A DNA stretch of 48,916 bases from Acetobacterales bacterium (GCA_040905765.1 JBBDQX010000061.1:1-48916), one strand, 5' to 3'; positions 6,477 through 15,934 are shown, counted from the stretch's first letter. Notes: generated by a model not told the origin, from the sequence alone. Translations and numbers: made by a program.

Positions 6477-8288
6477 TCAATTCCACGGCACGATGAACAA
6501 CGGCACGGGCTGCGAATAGCCCTTCATTTCCCACTTGCCGTGCTCGTTGAACTTGAGGTTGGCGCGACCGGAGCAGAGCTGGCGGACGATATCGGTCACC
6601 AGGATTTCGTCTGATTCGGCCTTGGAGCAGGTACGGGCAGACATCTGCACGGTCGTGCCGAACAGGTCGTCGTCCTCGGATATGGCCTCGCCGGAGTGCA
6701 GGCCAATGCAGATGTGGAATTCCAGTTCCTTGTTCGACTTGTTGTGCTGAGCGGTGGCGCGCTGGATCTCGATAGAACCCTCCACCGCGCCGGAAGCGGT
6801 CATGAACTGGGCCATGATGCCGTCGCCGGTGTGCTTGATCTCCTTGCCGCCGAAGCGCTGCAAGGCCGAGCGGACGATGGTGTTGTGGGCGCGAACGACG
6901 ATCTGTGCCTTCTCGTCGCCAAGCCGCTGGGTCATCGCCGTCGAGCCGGCGAGGTCGGTGAACATCACCGTGATCGGCGCGCTGGTCCGGCTGTCCGACA
7001 CCGGTTTGTTCCACTTGTCCATCGCGTTGGACAGCAGCCTGGCGGCGGTGGGGTCCTTGTCCGCCTGCTTCGACATTGCCGTGCGGCCAGCGTTGAACAT
7101 GTCGAGATACTTCTGGTCGAGCAGGTAGTCCTCGTACTTGTCGATGAAGGTGCGGGCAAGGTGCGTTTTGGTGCCGTTGCTCTCAAGGCACGACTGCAGC
7201 ATCTGGCGCGCGCCATCCGCGTCAAGGTTGTTGTCGTCGGCGACGACGCCGCAGGCCCCGGCGAGGAAGAGGTTGAAGCCGAACTTGTTGTAGGCGTCGA
7301 GACTCGGCCGCTTCTTGATCACCGGCTTCAGCGATTCGCCGATGAAGTCCATCACCGAAGTCCGATGCTTTGCGACTTCGGCGGGTACCTCGCTGTTCTT
7401 CTTCTTTTTCTTCTTCTTGCCCTTGGCCTCCTCGACGGCGCGCTTCTCCGCCTCTTCCCGTGCCTTCTTCTCGGCCTCCTCGCGATCCTCCTTCGACTTC
7501 ATCTGGGCCACCGCGTCGGCGGCCGATGTCTCGACGGGGGGCAGCGCCTCCGGACGCCCTGCTGCCGGCTTGGGGCCGCTGGCACGCCGGCGCCGGGCGC
7601 GGCGGCGCGGCTGACGGCGCGGCCGCGCCCCGCCACCCATGCCGGCGAAGGCGAGCTGGTTGATGGGGAGGTATTTCTTCATCAGCAGCATCGCGCTGGC
7701 GATGAAGCCGACGACGAACGCGCCGAAGGTCAGGTTGGCGCCAAGGCCGCGGGAGATATCGAGCGAACTGAGGACGAAGCTGGTCCCGAGCGACAGCCCC
7801 GTGGCGCCGAGCACGCTGAGCAGAAGCACGATGAGAATGCGGATGATGACGCCGACGAAGCCGACCGAGATGGTCTGGCCGCCAGCCGGTGCAGTCGGAC
7901 CACGCTGCGCACTGGCGGAGGCATTCGCCGGCTTTTCGGGAAGTGCTTCCCGTCCGCTTCCGGCAGGACGTTCGCCGCCACCGCGCACGCCGCCCCCGCC
8001 GCCACCCCCTGCCGGGGCGGGGGGGCGGTTCTTCATGCGCTCGGCTTTCTTGGCGTCCTCCTCCTTCTTGAGCTCGGAGCTCAGAAAGATGACGGAGTCT
8101 TCGCTGAGGTTGGTGTCGGGGTAGTAGACCTCGCGAATCACCTTGACGCTGCCGGCATTCGGTTGCGCGTCGATCTGCCTGGCTTCCTCCAGGGCCTGGT
8201 CTCGCTGGGCCCCGTCGAAACGGGCATGCAGCATCCAGCGACCGCTGCTCTGGACGTAGACCTCGTAGGTGACCTGCCTTCGACTCAT
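6477..8288 (-). CDS. Membrane-anchored class III adenylate/guanylate cyclase with a novel N-terminal domain and low-complexity linkers
   Basis: 603 aa. C-terminal ITVMFTDLAGSTAMTQRLGDEKA...HTGDGIMAQF...HSGEAI...GTTVQMSAR is a CYTH-less class III cyclase domain. Two hydrophobic segments lie mid-protein, along with poly-Gly, Arg-rich and K7 tracts. Confidence 0.85.
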   Translation of the reverse strand: MSRRQVTYEVYVQSSGRWMLHARFDGAQRDQALEEARQIDAQPNAGSVKVIREVYYPDTNLSEDSVIFLSSELKKEEDAKKAERMKNRPPAPAGGGGGGGVRGGGERPAGSGREALPEKPANASASAQRGPTAPAGGQTISVGFVGVIIRILIVLLLSVLGATGLSLGTSFVLSSLDISRGLGANLTFGAFVVGFIASAMLLMKKYLPINQLAFAGMGGGARPRRQPRRRARRRRASGPKPAAGRPEALPPVETSAADAVAQMKSKEDREEAEKKAREEAEKRAVEEAKGKKKKKKKNSEVPAEVAKHRTSVMDFIGESLKPVIKKRPSLDAYNKFGFNLFLAGACGVVADDNNLDADGARQMLQSCLESNGTKTHLARTFIDKYEDYLLDQKYLDMFNAGRTAMSKQADKDPTAARLLSNAMDKWNKPVSDSRTSAPITVMFTDLAGSTAMTQRLGDEKAQIVVRAHNTIVRSALQRFGGKEIKHTGDGIMAQFMTASGAVEGSIEIQRATAQHNKSNKELEFHICIGLHSGEAISEDDDLFGTTVQMSARTCSKAESDEILVTDIVRQLCSGRANLKFNEHGKWEMKGYSQPVPLFIVPWN

Positions 8289-8499
8289 GCCGTCAGACTC
8301 AAGCGCCCCCGACGCCGCTGCCCGATCCGCACGTCACTCGCCGGAAACGGCCACACGCGCCGCACCGCCGGGCGCCACGCGCCGCCAGCAACAACTGTTC
8401 ATGTCCGGCTGCCGTCCTGTCCGCCCCGTCCAGTCCGCCCAAGCCGGACCGGGTGCCCCCGGACCGGCCGATTATAGGAAAAATCCGGAACAAATCGGC

Positions 8500-8549
8500 A
8501 AAAAAATGCCGACGTCAGGCAAGCAGGCCGCCGGCAGCGTCCCCGGCGG
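8500..8549 (-). terminator. Candidate rpmE terminator (two hairpins plus a T7 tract on the minus strand)
   Basis: Minus strand CCGCCGGGGACGCTGCCGGCGG ... TGCCTGACGTCGGCA TTTTTTT. Confidence 0.45.
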
Positions 8550-8561
8550 TCTGGTGAGGGA

Positions 8562-8786
8562 TCAGCCTTTCAGGCCGAATCCCTTGAAGCGCTTGTTGAA
8601 CTTCGAGAGCTGGCCGCCGCCGTCCATCAGGCGGTGCACGCCGGTCCAGGCGGGGTGGGTCTTCGGGTCGATGTCGAGCCGAAGCTCCTCGCCCTCCTTG
8701 CCCCAGGTCGAGCGGGTCTTGAACGAGGTCCCGTCAGTCTGGATGACGGTGATCTCATGATAGTCGGGATGGATGTCCTTCTTCAT
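8562..8786 (-). CDS. rpmE: 50S ribosomal protein L31
   Basis: [32 protein letters not shown]...FNKRF from the ATG at 8784-8786. The upstream part of ORF 8562..9035 is not L31. Confidence 0.95.
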   Translation of the reverse strand: MKKDIHPDYHEITVIQTDGTSFKTRSTWGKEGEELRLDIDPKTHPAWTGVHRLMDGGGQLSKFNKRFKGFGLKG

Positions 8787-8908
8787 CGCCCGTGTCCTGC
8801 TGCCGGTCGCGACTCTGCCGCCGCGAGAGGGCGCCTTATACCGGAGCGGCGCCGGAGGCGCAACCGGCTGATGGCGTTGCCTGCGCGGAGCCCCCCGTCT
8901 AGTTTCCG

Positions 8909-10735
8909 GTGATGGCAGAGGGGGCAGGCAGCGCGACCGGAAGCGGTCGCGGGGAAGGCGAGGCGGCGAGGCTGGGCGGCCTGCGGCGGCTGTGGCCCTT
9001 CGTCCGTCCCTACGGCCGGACGGTCGCCCTGGCAAGCCTCTGCCTGACCGCTGCCGCCGGGGCGGTCCTGGTGATCGGTGTCGGGCTGAGGCGCCTGGTC
9101 GACAGGGGTTTCGCCGGGGGCGATGCGGCTATGCTCGACCGCTCGCTGGTGATGCTGCTGGCGGTGGTCGCGATCCTCGCGCTGGCGACCTACGGGCGGT
9201 TCTATTTCGTCTCCTGGCTCGGCGAACGGGTGGTCGCGGACCTGCGCCGCGCCGCCTTCGCGCATCTGCTTCGACTCGACATCGCCTTCTTCGAGAGCAC
9301 GCGATCCGGCGACCTGGTATCCCGGCTGACGACAGACGCGGCATTGCTGCAGCAGGTCATCGGCTCCTCTGCGTCGATGGCGCTACGCAACGCGCTGCTC
9401 TTCGTCGGCGGCGTGGGGATGCTGGTGGTGACCAGCCCGCGGCTCACCGGTCTCGTCGCAGTGGTGATTCCGCTGGTGATCGCGCCGATCGTGCTGATCG
9501 GGCGGCGCGTCCGGGTGTTGTCCCGCGCCAGCCAGGAAGCCCTCGGCGCCCTCGGTGCACAGGCGGAGGAGCGGATCGCGGCGATCCGCACCGTCCGCGC
9601 CTTCGGGCAGGAATCGGCCGACGGGGCCCGCTTCGACACCCATGCAGAGGCCGCCTTCGCGGTCGCGGTACGACGGATCCGTGCCCGGGCGGCCCTGACG
9701 GGGCTGGTGATCGTGATGGTGTTCGGCGCCGTCAGCTTCATCCTCTGGTCGGGCGGTCACGACGTGCTGGCCGGCCGGATCAGCGCCGGCGAACTGTCGG
9801 CCTTCGTTTTCTACGCCGTGGTGACCGCAGGGGCGGTCGGCGCGATCAGCGAGGTCAGCGGCGACCTGCAGCGCGCCGCCGGTGCGGCCGACCGGATCGT
9901 CGATATGCTCGAGACGCGCTCCGCCATGCCGGCGCCGGCGCATCCCCTGCCGTTGCCCATGCCACCGCTGGGCGAGGTGACGTTCGACGAGGTGACCTTC
10001 ACCTATCCCGCGCGGTCGGACCACGCAGCCCTGCACGGTGTGTCGTTCCGCGTCGGACACGGCGAGAAGGTGGCGCTGGTCGGCCCTTCGGGGGCGGGCA
10101 AGACGACCGTGCTGCAGCTCCTGCTGCGCTTCTACGATCCTGACCGCGGCACCGTCACGGTCGACGGCGTGGCGGTCGACCGTGCCAATCCCGACGCGTT
10201 GCGCGCCCGGATGGCCCTGGTGCCGCAGGATCCGGTGATCTTCGCTGCCAGCGCCTGGGACAACATCCGCTACGGACGGCCGGAAGCGACCGACGCCGAG
10301 GTGCGCCAGGCTGCCGATCGGGCCGCCGCGAGCGATTTCCTCGAGCGGCTGCCGGAAGGCTTCGAGAGCTATCTCGGCGAACGCGGGGTGCGGCTGTCCG
10401 GCGGGCAGCGCCAGCGCATCGCCATCGCCCGGGCACTGCTGCGCAGTCCGGCGATCCTGCTGCTCGACGAAGCGACGAGCGCCCTCGACTCCGAGAGCGA
10501 GCGGCTGATCCAGCAGGGACTGGAGAAACTGACGAGCGGGCGCACCAGCATCGTCATCGCGCATCGGCTATCGACGGTGCTCAATGCCGACCGGATCGTG
10601 GTGATGGACGAAGGCAGGGTGGTCGCTTCCGGTACCCATGAGGAACTTCTCGGGCGCAGTCCGCTCTACGCCCGGCTTGCCGAACTGCAGTTCGGCTCGG
10701 CAGGGTCGGAGGGCGTCAGGGCGTCGTCAGCTTGA
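8909..10735 (+). CDS. ABC transporter, fused permease/ATPase (ABCB/MsbA-like exporter)
   Basis: 608 aa. Six-TM N-terminal half, Walker [10 protein letters not shown], signature [14 protein letters not shown], Walker [13 protein letters not shown]. The start is GTG 8909 or ATG 8912. Confidence 0.9.
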   Translation: MMAEGAGSATGSGRGEGEAARLGGLRRLWPFVRPYGRTVALASLCLTAAAGAVLVIGVGLRRLVDRGFAGGDAAMLDRSLVMLLAVVAILALATYGRFYFVSWLGERVVADLRRAAFAHLLRLDIAFFESTRSGDLVSRLTTDAALLQQVIGSSASMALRNALLFVGGVGMLVVTSPRLTGLVAVVIPLVIAPIVLIGRRVRVLSRASQEALGALGAQAEERIAAIRTVRAFGQESADGARFDTHAEAAFAVAVRRIRARAALTGLVIVMVFGAVSFILWSGGHDVLAGRISAGELSAFVFYAVVTAGAVGAISEVSGDLQRAAGAADRIVDMLETRSAMPAPAHPLPLPMPPLGEVTFDEVTFTYPARSDHAALHGVSFRVGHGEKVALVGPSGAGKTTVLQLLLRFYDPDRGTVTVDGVAVDRANPDALRARMALVPQDPVIFAASAWDNIRYGRPEATDAEVRQAADRAAASDFLERLPEGFESYLGERGVRLSGGQRQRIAIARALLRSPAILLLDEATSALDSESERLIQQGLEKLTSGRTSIVIAHRLSTVLNADRIVVMDEGRVVASGTHEELLGRSPLYARLAELQFGSAGSEGVRASSA

Positions 10736-12032
10736 ACTCGATGCGCCGGTTGCGGCGCAGCGCGATCTCGTCGTTGCGGTCGTCGATCGGGTGATATTCG
10801 CCGAAGCCGGCGGCGAGCAGGCGGTCCGCGGGCACCCCGCGCTCGATCAGCGCCTTGACGACATCGACTGAGCGCCCGGTGGACAGTTCCCAGTTCGACG
10901 GGAAACGCAGAGTGCTGATAGGTCGCTTGTCGGTATGCCCGTCGACGCGGAGGATCCAATCCACATCGGCGGGAATCTCCCGGGAGATCTCCAGCAGGGT
11001 ATCGGCGAGCTGGTTGATCTGTTCGCGACCCCCCGGCTGCAGCACCGCCTCGCCGGTCTCGAACAGTACCTCGGACTGGAACACGAAGCGGTCGCCGACG
11101 ATGCGGATGCCGGGCCGGTTGCCGAGCACCTCGCGCAGCCGGCCGAAGAACTCCGAGCGATAGCGCGCGAGCTGTTGCACGCGGGTGGCGAGCGCGGCGT
11201 TCAGCCGCTGGCCCAGATTGGCGATCTGGATGTCCTTCTGCTCGACTTCCTTCTCGGCGGTCTCCAGCGCCGCATTGAGCTGGGCGATCTGCTGGCGCAG
11301 CGCGGCGACCTGGTCGTTCAGCATCGCGATGCGGGCGCGGGCGGTCTCGGAGACGCTGCGCTCCTCCTGCAGCAGCTTCTCGAGACCCTCGCGCGCATCG
11401 GCGCTGTCATCGAGCTGGCTCGCCAGCTTGCCGACCTCCTGCTCGAGATCGTCGCGCAGCGCGCGGAGCGCCACCACCTCTTCGGCCAGCCGGTTACGTT
11501 CCTGGTCGAGCTGTTCGCGCTCCGACTCGAGGTCGGCGAGGCGGGCGGACATCTGCTGACGTTGTTCGAGCAGGGTATTGCGTTCGTCCTGCAACGACTG
11601 CCGTTCCGTCAGCAGGCTGGAGCGCTGGTCGCCGAGCGACTCCTGCTCGGAGCGCAGCCGGGCGAGTTCTGCCGAGATGCGATCCCGATCGGAGCGCACC
11701 TCCGACAGCGTCTCCTGCAGTGTCGAGAAGCGCGACTGCAACTGGTCTCGTGTCTCCGTGGTCTCTTGGAGCTGGGCGGACAGCTGGGTGACGTTGAGCC
11801 GCAGGTCGGCCGAGGTTTCGCGCTCCAGCGCCAGCATTTCGGCGAGTTCGTCGATCCGGTTGTTGAGCCGGTCGAGCGCCGCGTCCCGGCCGAGCAGCGC
11901 CTCGTTGAGGAAGACCTGCGCCATCACGAAGACGAGCAGCAGGAAGATCAGCACCATCAACAGCGTGGCGAGGGCGTCGACGAAGCCCGGCCAGATGTTG
12001 TTGTCGCGTCGGGAGCGGCTGGCTATGGACAT
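10716..12032 (-). CDS. MotB/TolR-like membrane protein with ~250-aa coiled-coil stalk and C-terminal OmpA-like peptidoglycan-binding domain
   Basis: 438 aa. N-terminal NIWPGFVDALATLLMVLIFLLLVF is a plug/TM with a conserved Asp. A long Q/E/R/L-rich heptad-like region follows. C-terminal ...RVDGHTDKRPI...NWELSTGRSVDVVKALIERG...NRRIEFKL. Confidence 0.8.
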   Translation of the reverse strand: MSIASRSRRDNNIWPGFVDALATLLMVLIFLLLVFVMAQVFLNEALLGRDAALDRLNNRIDELAEMLALERETSADLRLNVTQLSAQLQETTETRDQLQSRFSTLQETLSEVRSDRDRISAELARLRSEQESLGDQRSSLLTERQSLQDERNTLLEQRQQMSARLADLESEREQLDQERNRLAEEVVALRALRDDLEQEVGKLASQLDDSADAREGLEKLLQEERSVSETARARIAMLNDQVAALRQQIAQLNAALETAEKEVEQKDIQIANLGQRLNAALATRVQQLARYRSEFFGRLREVLGNRPGIRIVGDRFVFQSEVLFETGEAVLQPGGREQINQLADTLLEISREIPADVDWILRVDGHTDKRPISTLRFPSNWELSTGRSVDVVKALIERGVPADRLLAAGFGEYHPIDDRNDEIALRRNRRIEFKLTTP

Positions 12033-12062
12033 CCTGCTGTTTCGGCCCGCGAGGGCCGCCCG

Positions 12063-13202
12063 TCAGCGCCCGGCGGAATCCGCAGCGGCAGCAATCGTGC
12101 GGGACAATACCTTGATCTCGTTTCGAATTTCCCGCACCACCTGTTCGCGTCCCGCCTGGGCGTCCTCGGTGATGCGGGCAGCGTAGAACTCGATGTTCCG
12201 GATATGGTTGCGTGTCGCCTCGTCCATACCCCCCGAGCTGCCTTCCTCCAATAGCCGGCTGAGGAGCGATTTCAGCTCGATCTGGCTCTCGCCCAACTTG
12301 ACCAGCAGGTTCTGCTCGGTGCGCATCTGGTCGGTCAGGGTACTCAGCCGTTCCGTCAGGTTGACCACGCTGGCGTTGGCGGTGATGCGGCTCTCCTCGC
12401 CGCGTTCGAGGATGCGCTGCAGCGACTCCATGTTCTCGGCCGTCTGCTCCAGCAGTGCCTGCACGTAGGCAGGCACTGAATGGTCGCCATCGCCCCCGAT
12501 GCTGCCCGAAGACAGTCGGGTCAAGCTGGAAAGCCATTCCTCAAGATCGTTGTAGAAGCGGTTCTGCGCCTGCCCGGCCTGCAGGTCGAGGAAGCCGAGC
12601 GCCAACGAGCCCGCCAGGCCGAACAGCGAGGACGAGAAGGCGGTGCCCATGCCGGACAGTGGCGCGCGGAAATTCTCCTTCAGTTCGGAGAAGACGGCGG
12701 TCGCTTCCGCGCCGGCGCCGACGGACAGGCCGGCAATGACGTCGCTGACGGAACTGACCGTCTCCAGCAGGCCCCAGAAGGTGCCGAGCAGGCCAAGGAA
12801 GATCAGCAGGCCGATCAGGTAGCGCGAGATCTCACGCGACTCGTCGAGACGCGACTGGATGCCGTCGAGCAGCGACCGCATCGACATTGTGGACAGGCTG
12901 AGGCGGGTGCCGCGCTCGCCGAGCATGGTCGCCATCGCGCCCAGCAGCTGCGGCGGCCGCTGGACCGACAGGCCGGGCTCGCCGCGGCGGTAGGTCTCGA
13001 TCCAGGTCACCTCGGGGGCCAAGCGTAGCACCTGGCGGAAATTGTAGATGATGCCGAGCAGCAGCACGCCGACGATCAGGCCGTTGAGCGCCGGGTTCGC
13101 CATGAAGGCGCGCCACAGGCCTTCGAACAGCAGCCCCCCCACGATCGTGACGGCGATGAGGAACATCACCATCCGGATCAGGAAAGGGCGGGGGCTCGTC
13201 AT
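12063..13202 (-). CDS. MotA/TolQ/ExbB proton-channel family protein with ~150-aa C-terminal cytoplasmic helical extension
   Basis: 379 aa with four hydrophobic segments. Family motifs LGLLGTFWGLLETV and GMGTAFSSSLFGLAGSLALGF parallel TolQ at 28374 (GLFGTVWGIM, AEALFATALGLVAAIP). Confidence 0.8.
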   Translation of the reverse strand: MTSPRPFLIRMVMFLIAVTIVGGLLFEGLWRAFMANPALNGLIVGVLLLGIIYNFRQVLRLAPEVTWIETYRRGEPGLSVQRPPQLLGAMATMLGERGTRLSLSTMSMRSLLDGIQSRLDESREISRYLIGLLIFLGLLGTFWGLLETVSSVSDVIAGLSVGAGAEATAVFSELKENFRAPLSGMGTAFSSSLFGLAGSLALGFLDLQAGQAQNRFYNDLEEWLSSLTRLSSGSIGGDGDHSVPAYVQALLEQTAENMESLQRILERGEESRITANASVVNLTERLSTLTDQMRTEQNLLVKLGESQIELKSLLSRLLEEGSSGGMDEATRNHIRNIEFYAARITEDAQAGREQVVREIRNEIKVLSRTIAAAADSAGR

Positions 13203-13243
13203 ATCAGGTTATGCCGGCTCGACCGTCGTCCACGAGGGCGCGG

Positions 13244-14350
13244 TCAACGCTTCACGACGTTGACGTCGACGCGGTCTGACGGCCCGCCGTCGGTGTTGGT
13301 GCCGAGTGCCCGCACGTCGATGCGCGTGCTGCGCACGCCCTGGTCGATCAGGAACGAGCGCACAGCCAAGGCTCGCGCCAACGAGGTACGGCGGGCACGG
13401 CTGGCGGTTTCGGCGGAGCCGGAGGCATAGGCCATGAGCTGCAGTCGCGCGCTGCTGTCCTGCTCGAGCCGCGAGGTGAGCGCCTTGAGATCGGTTTCCG
13501 CGGAAGTCGGCAGCTTCGACTCGTTCGCTGCGAAGCGGATCCGCAAGGCCTGTCCGCTGCTCAACGCCGCGGCACCCTGCATATGCGCCGTCTGCATCGG
13601 CGCTGGATCTGCCTGCCTGCCGGTCGCCGCGGGAGGCTGGGCCGCCGGTTCACGCTGCGTCTCCGGGCGCGGCGGAGCGGCCGGCGGTTCGGGTACGCGG
13701 GTCGACGGGGTGGGGGGGGGCATATCGACTGCGGGCGGCTGCGCCGCCGGCGCGCGCTGCGTCGATTGCCGCGGTGCCGGATTGACGGAAGCGACCTGCG
13801 GTGGCGGTGCGCTCTCCGGCGTGGGTGCGATAGGGGCTGGACGCGCAGTCGCGGGCCTGGGCGGTGGTGCAGCCAGCCGGGCAGCCGCGGCGGCAGGCGC
13901 CGGTTCGGCGAGGCGCGGTGGCGGGGCCGGTTCGCTCCGCCGCGGCGGCGTCAGCATGGCGGAGCGTGGCGGTGTCAGTCCCGAGAATGAGCCGCTACCG
14001 TTCGGTGGCGTGAGTGTGATGCTTTCGCGCGCGGCGCCGTCGCCGACCAGCAGGCGGGACTGCGGCGGCGATGGCGGCGGCGGCCGCAGGAGTTCGATAC
14101 CTTTGGCACGCGCGTCGAGGACGTCGAGGTTCACTTCGACGCTGGTGGAGGTGCCGCCGATATAAACGGTATCCTGCGCCCGCACGGCGCCGGAAGTTCC
14201 GGCGACCGCGAGCGTTGCGACCAGCAACAGAGCCCCCCGCGCGCGGCTGGTCCCCGCGACAGCCCCGAGACGGCCGTCCGGTGTGAAGGTCTCCGCCGAG
14301 ACACCCATTTTCGGTTTCGTCTTGCCCCGCTTCATCGACGAAAAACGCAT
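13244..14350 (-). CDS. Secreted OmpA-family protein with a long Pro/Ala-rich linker
   Basis: 368 aa. Signal-like LLLVATLAVAGTSGAVRAQ, ~200 aa Pro-rich, C-terminal LQLMAYASGS...RRTSLARALAVRSFLIDQGVRSTRIDVRALG (OmpA-like). Confidence 0.75.
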   Translation of the reverse strand: MRFSSMKRGKTKPKMGVSAETFTPDGRLGAVAGTSRARGALLLVATLAVAGTSGAVRAQDTVYIGGTSTSVEVNLDVLDARAKGIELLRPPPPSPPQSRLLVGDGAARESITLTPPNGSGSFSGLTPPRSAMLTPPRRSEPAPPPRLAEPAPAAAAARLAAPPPRPATARPAPIAPTPESAPPPQVASVNPAPRQSTQRAPAAQPPAVDMPPPTPSTRVPEPPAAPPRPETQREPAAQPPAATGRQADPAPMQTAHMQGAAALSSGQALRIRFAANESKLPTSAETDLKALTSRLEQDSSARLQLMAYASGSAETASRARRTSLARALAVRSFLIDQGVRSTRIDVRALGTNTDGGPSDRVDVNVVKR

Positions 14351-14417
14351 ATGCGACAGAACAATAGCCCATGGTATGCGCCGGTCACAACCGGTTTGGG
14401 TCGGCGCGCGGCGGGCT

Positions 14418-15203
14418 TCAGGGTGTGTGCGCCGCTTTCAGCAGCTTCTGCGCCGGCTCGTGCAGATCGGTGTTGGTGGCGAGGACGTCGCCGTTCTCCG
14501 GCACATGGCCGTGCTGCCGGGGCCGGCCGCCGATCTCGGAGACGAACCCGCCGGCCTCCTGGACCAGCAATACCCCTGCCGCGATGTCCCAGGGCTTGAG
14601 CCCGTATTCCCAGAACGCTTCGTAGCGTCCCGCCGCGACATAGGCGAGGTCGAGGGCGGCGGAGCCTTGCCGCCGGACCCCGGCGGTGGCGGGCATCACC
14701 GCCGCCAGCGTACGCAGGAAGCGGTCCTGGTCCGGCATGTCGGCGAAGGGGATGCCGGTGGCGAACACTGCCTCGCCCAGCTTCTTGCGCCCCGAGACGC
14801 GCAGCCGGTTGCGGTTCAGATAGGCGCCGACGCCCTTCTCGGCCCAGAAGGTCTCGTCGCGCAGCGGGTCGTAGACGACGCCGGCGACGATGCGGCCCTC
14901 GCTCTCATGCGCGATGGAGATGCAGAAGTGCGGGATGCCATGCAGGAAATTGGTGGTGCCGTCGAGCGGGTCCACGATCCAGCGGTTGGCGTCGTCGCTG
15001 CCCTTCGTCTCGCCCTGCTCCTCCATCAGCAGGCCGAAGGCGGGCCGTGCGCGCGAAAGCTCCGCACGCAGCGTCCGTTCCGCGCGCAGGTCCGCCGCGG
15101 AGACGAAGTCGGCCGGTCCCTTGACCGAGACCTGAAGCTGTTCGACCTCGCCGAAGTCGCGGATCAGTCCGCGGGCGGCTTTCTGCGCCGCGCCCGCCAT
15201 CAC
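14418..15203 (-). CDS. suhB: Inositol monophosphatase family protein (SuhB). The true start is probably upstream (see finding)
   Basis: WIVDPLDGTTNFLHG, GVVYDP and WDIAAG motifs. The ORF-track start is a GTG that cuts into the conserved N-terminal helix. Confidence 0.9.
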   Translation of the reverse strand: MMAGAAQKAARGLIRDFGEVEQLQVSVKGPADFVSAADLRAERTLRAELSRARPAFGLLMEEQGETKGSDDANRWIVDPLDGTTNFLHGIPHFCISIAHESEGRIVAGVVYDPLRDETFWAEKGVGAYLNRNRLRVSGRKKLGEAVFATGIPFADMPDQDRFLRTLAAVMPATAGVRRQGSAALDLAYVAAGRYEAFWEYGLKPWDIAAGVLLVQEAGGFVSEIGGRPRQHGHVPENGDVLATNTDLHEPAQKLLKAAHTP

Positions 15204-15249
15204 CGTGATGATGGCGGAGCGGCGGGAGATGATGGCTCCAGACAGGGTG

Positions 15250-15819
15250 CTAGTCCTTCGCGCGTTCGACGTATGATGCGTCGTAGGTGTTGACCACGAC
15301 GCGGGTGCCCGACCCGATATGCGGGGGCACCATGATGCGCACGCCGTTCTCCAGCTTGGCCGGCTTGTAGGAAGACGACGCGGTCTGGCCTTTCACCACC
15401 GCGTCGGCCTCGACGATCTCGAGCACCACATGCTCGGGCAGTTCGACCTCGATCGGCTTGCCCTCGTAGCTTTCGATGGTGACCACCATTCCCTCCTGCA
15501 GGAACGGCACGCGGTCCTCGCCGATCACCTCGCTCGACACCGCCACCTGGTCGAACGTCTCCATGTCCATGAAGGTGTGCATGTCGCCCTCGGAGAAAAG
15601 GTACTGGTGCTCCTTCTGCTCCAGGCGGATGCGCTCGACGGTTTCGGAGGAACGGAAGCGTTCGTTCAGCTTCGTGCCGTCCATCAGGTCCTTCAGTTCG
15701 ACCTGCATGTAGGCGCCGCCCTTGCCGGGCTGGGTGTGCTGGGTGCGCACGGCGCGCCACAGTCGCCCCTTGTGTTCGATGACGTTGCCGGGACGAATCT
15801 CGTTGCCGTTGATCTTCAT
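15250..15819 (-). CDS. efp: Elongation factor P
   Basis: [24 protein letters not shown]...[15 protein letters not shown]... from the ATG at 15817-15819. Confidence 0.95.
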   Translation of the reverse strand: MKINGNEIRPGNVIEHKGRLWRAVRTQHTQPGKGGAYMQVELKDLMDGTKLNERFRSSETVERIRLEQKEHQYLFSEGDMHTFMDMETFDQVAVSSEVIGEDRVPFLQEGMVVTIESYEGKPIEVELPEHVVLEIVEADAVVKGQTASSSYKPAKLENGVRIMVPPHIGSGTRVVVNTYDASYVERAKD

Positions 15820-15934
15820 GGCGCGGGACGGCTCCTTGGCCGCGGGCTTGGCGAAAGGGGGCTGCGACGACCCGGCTGGCCGGGAGGCGCGGAAATTATC
15901 AGCTTGCCGGGGGAGTGGCAACGCGCGCGGAAGG

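Noticed and set aside
6696-8477. 593-aa plus-strand ORF, and other long ORFs opposite the cyclase, the coiled-coil MotB-like gene (10935..12254), and tolA/tolB (29027..30241, 29674..31167)
   Set aside because: These are antisense shadows of genes with clear family motifs. No motifs of their own, and their composition is dominated by Arg/Ala/Gly/Leu.
10716-10735. 20-bp convergent overlap of the ABC transporter and MotB-like 3' ends
   Set aside because: Short convergent overlaps are common in compact high-GC genomes. Both stops are unambiguous and no functional inference is justified.
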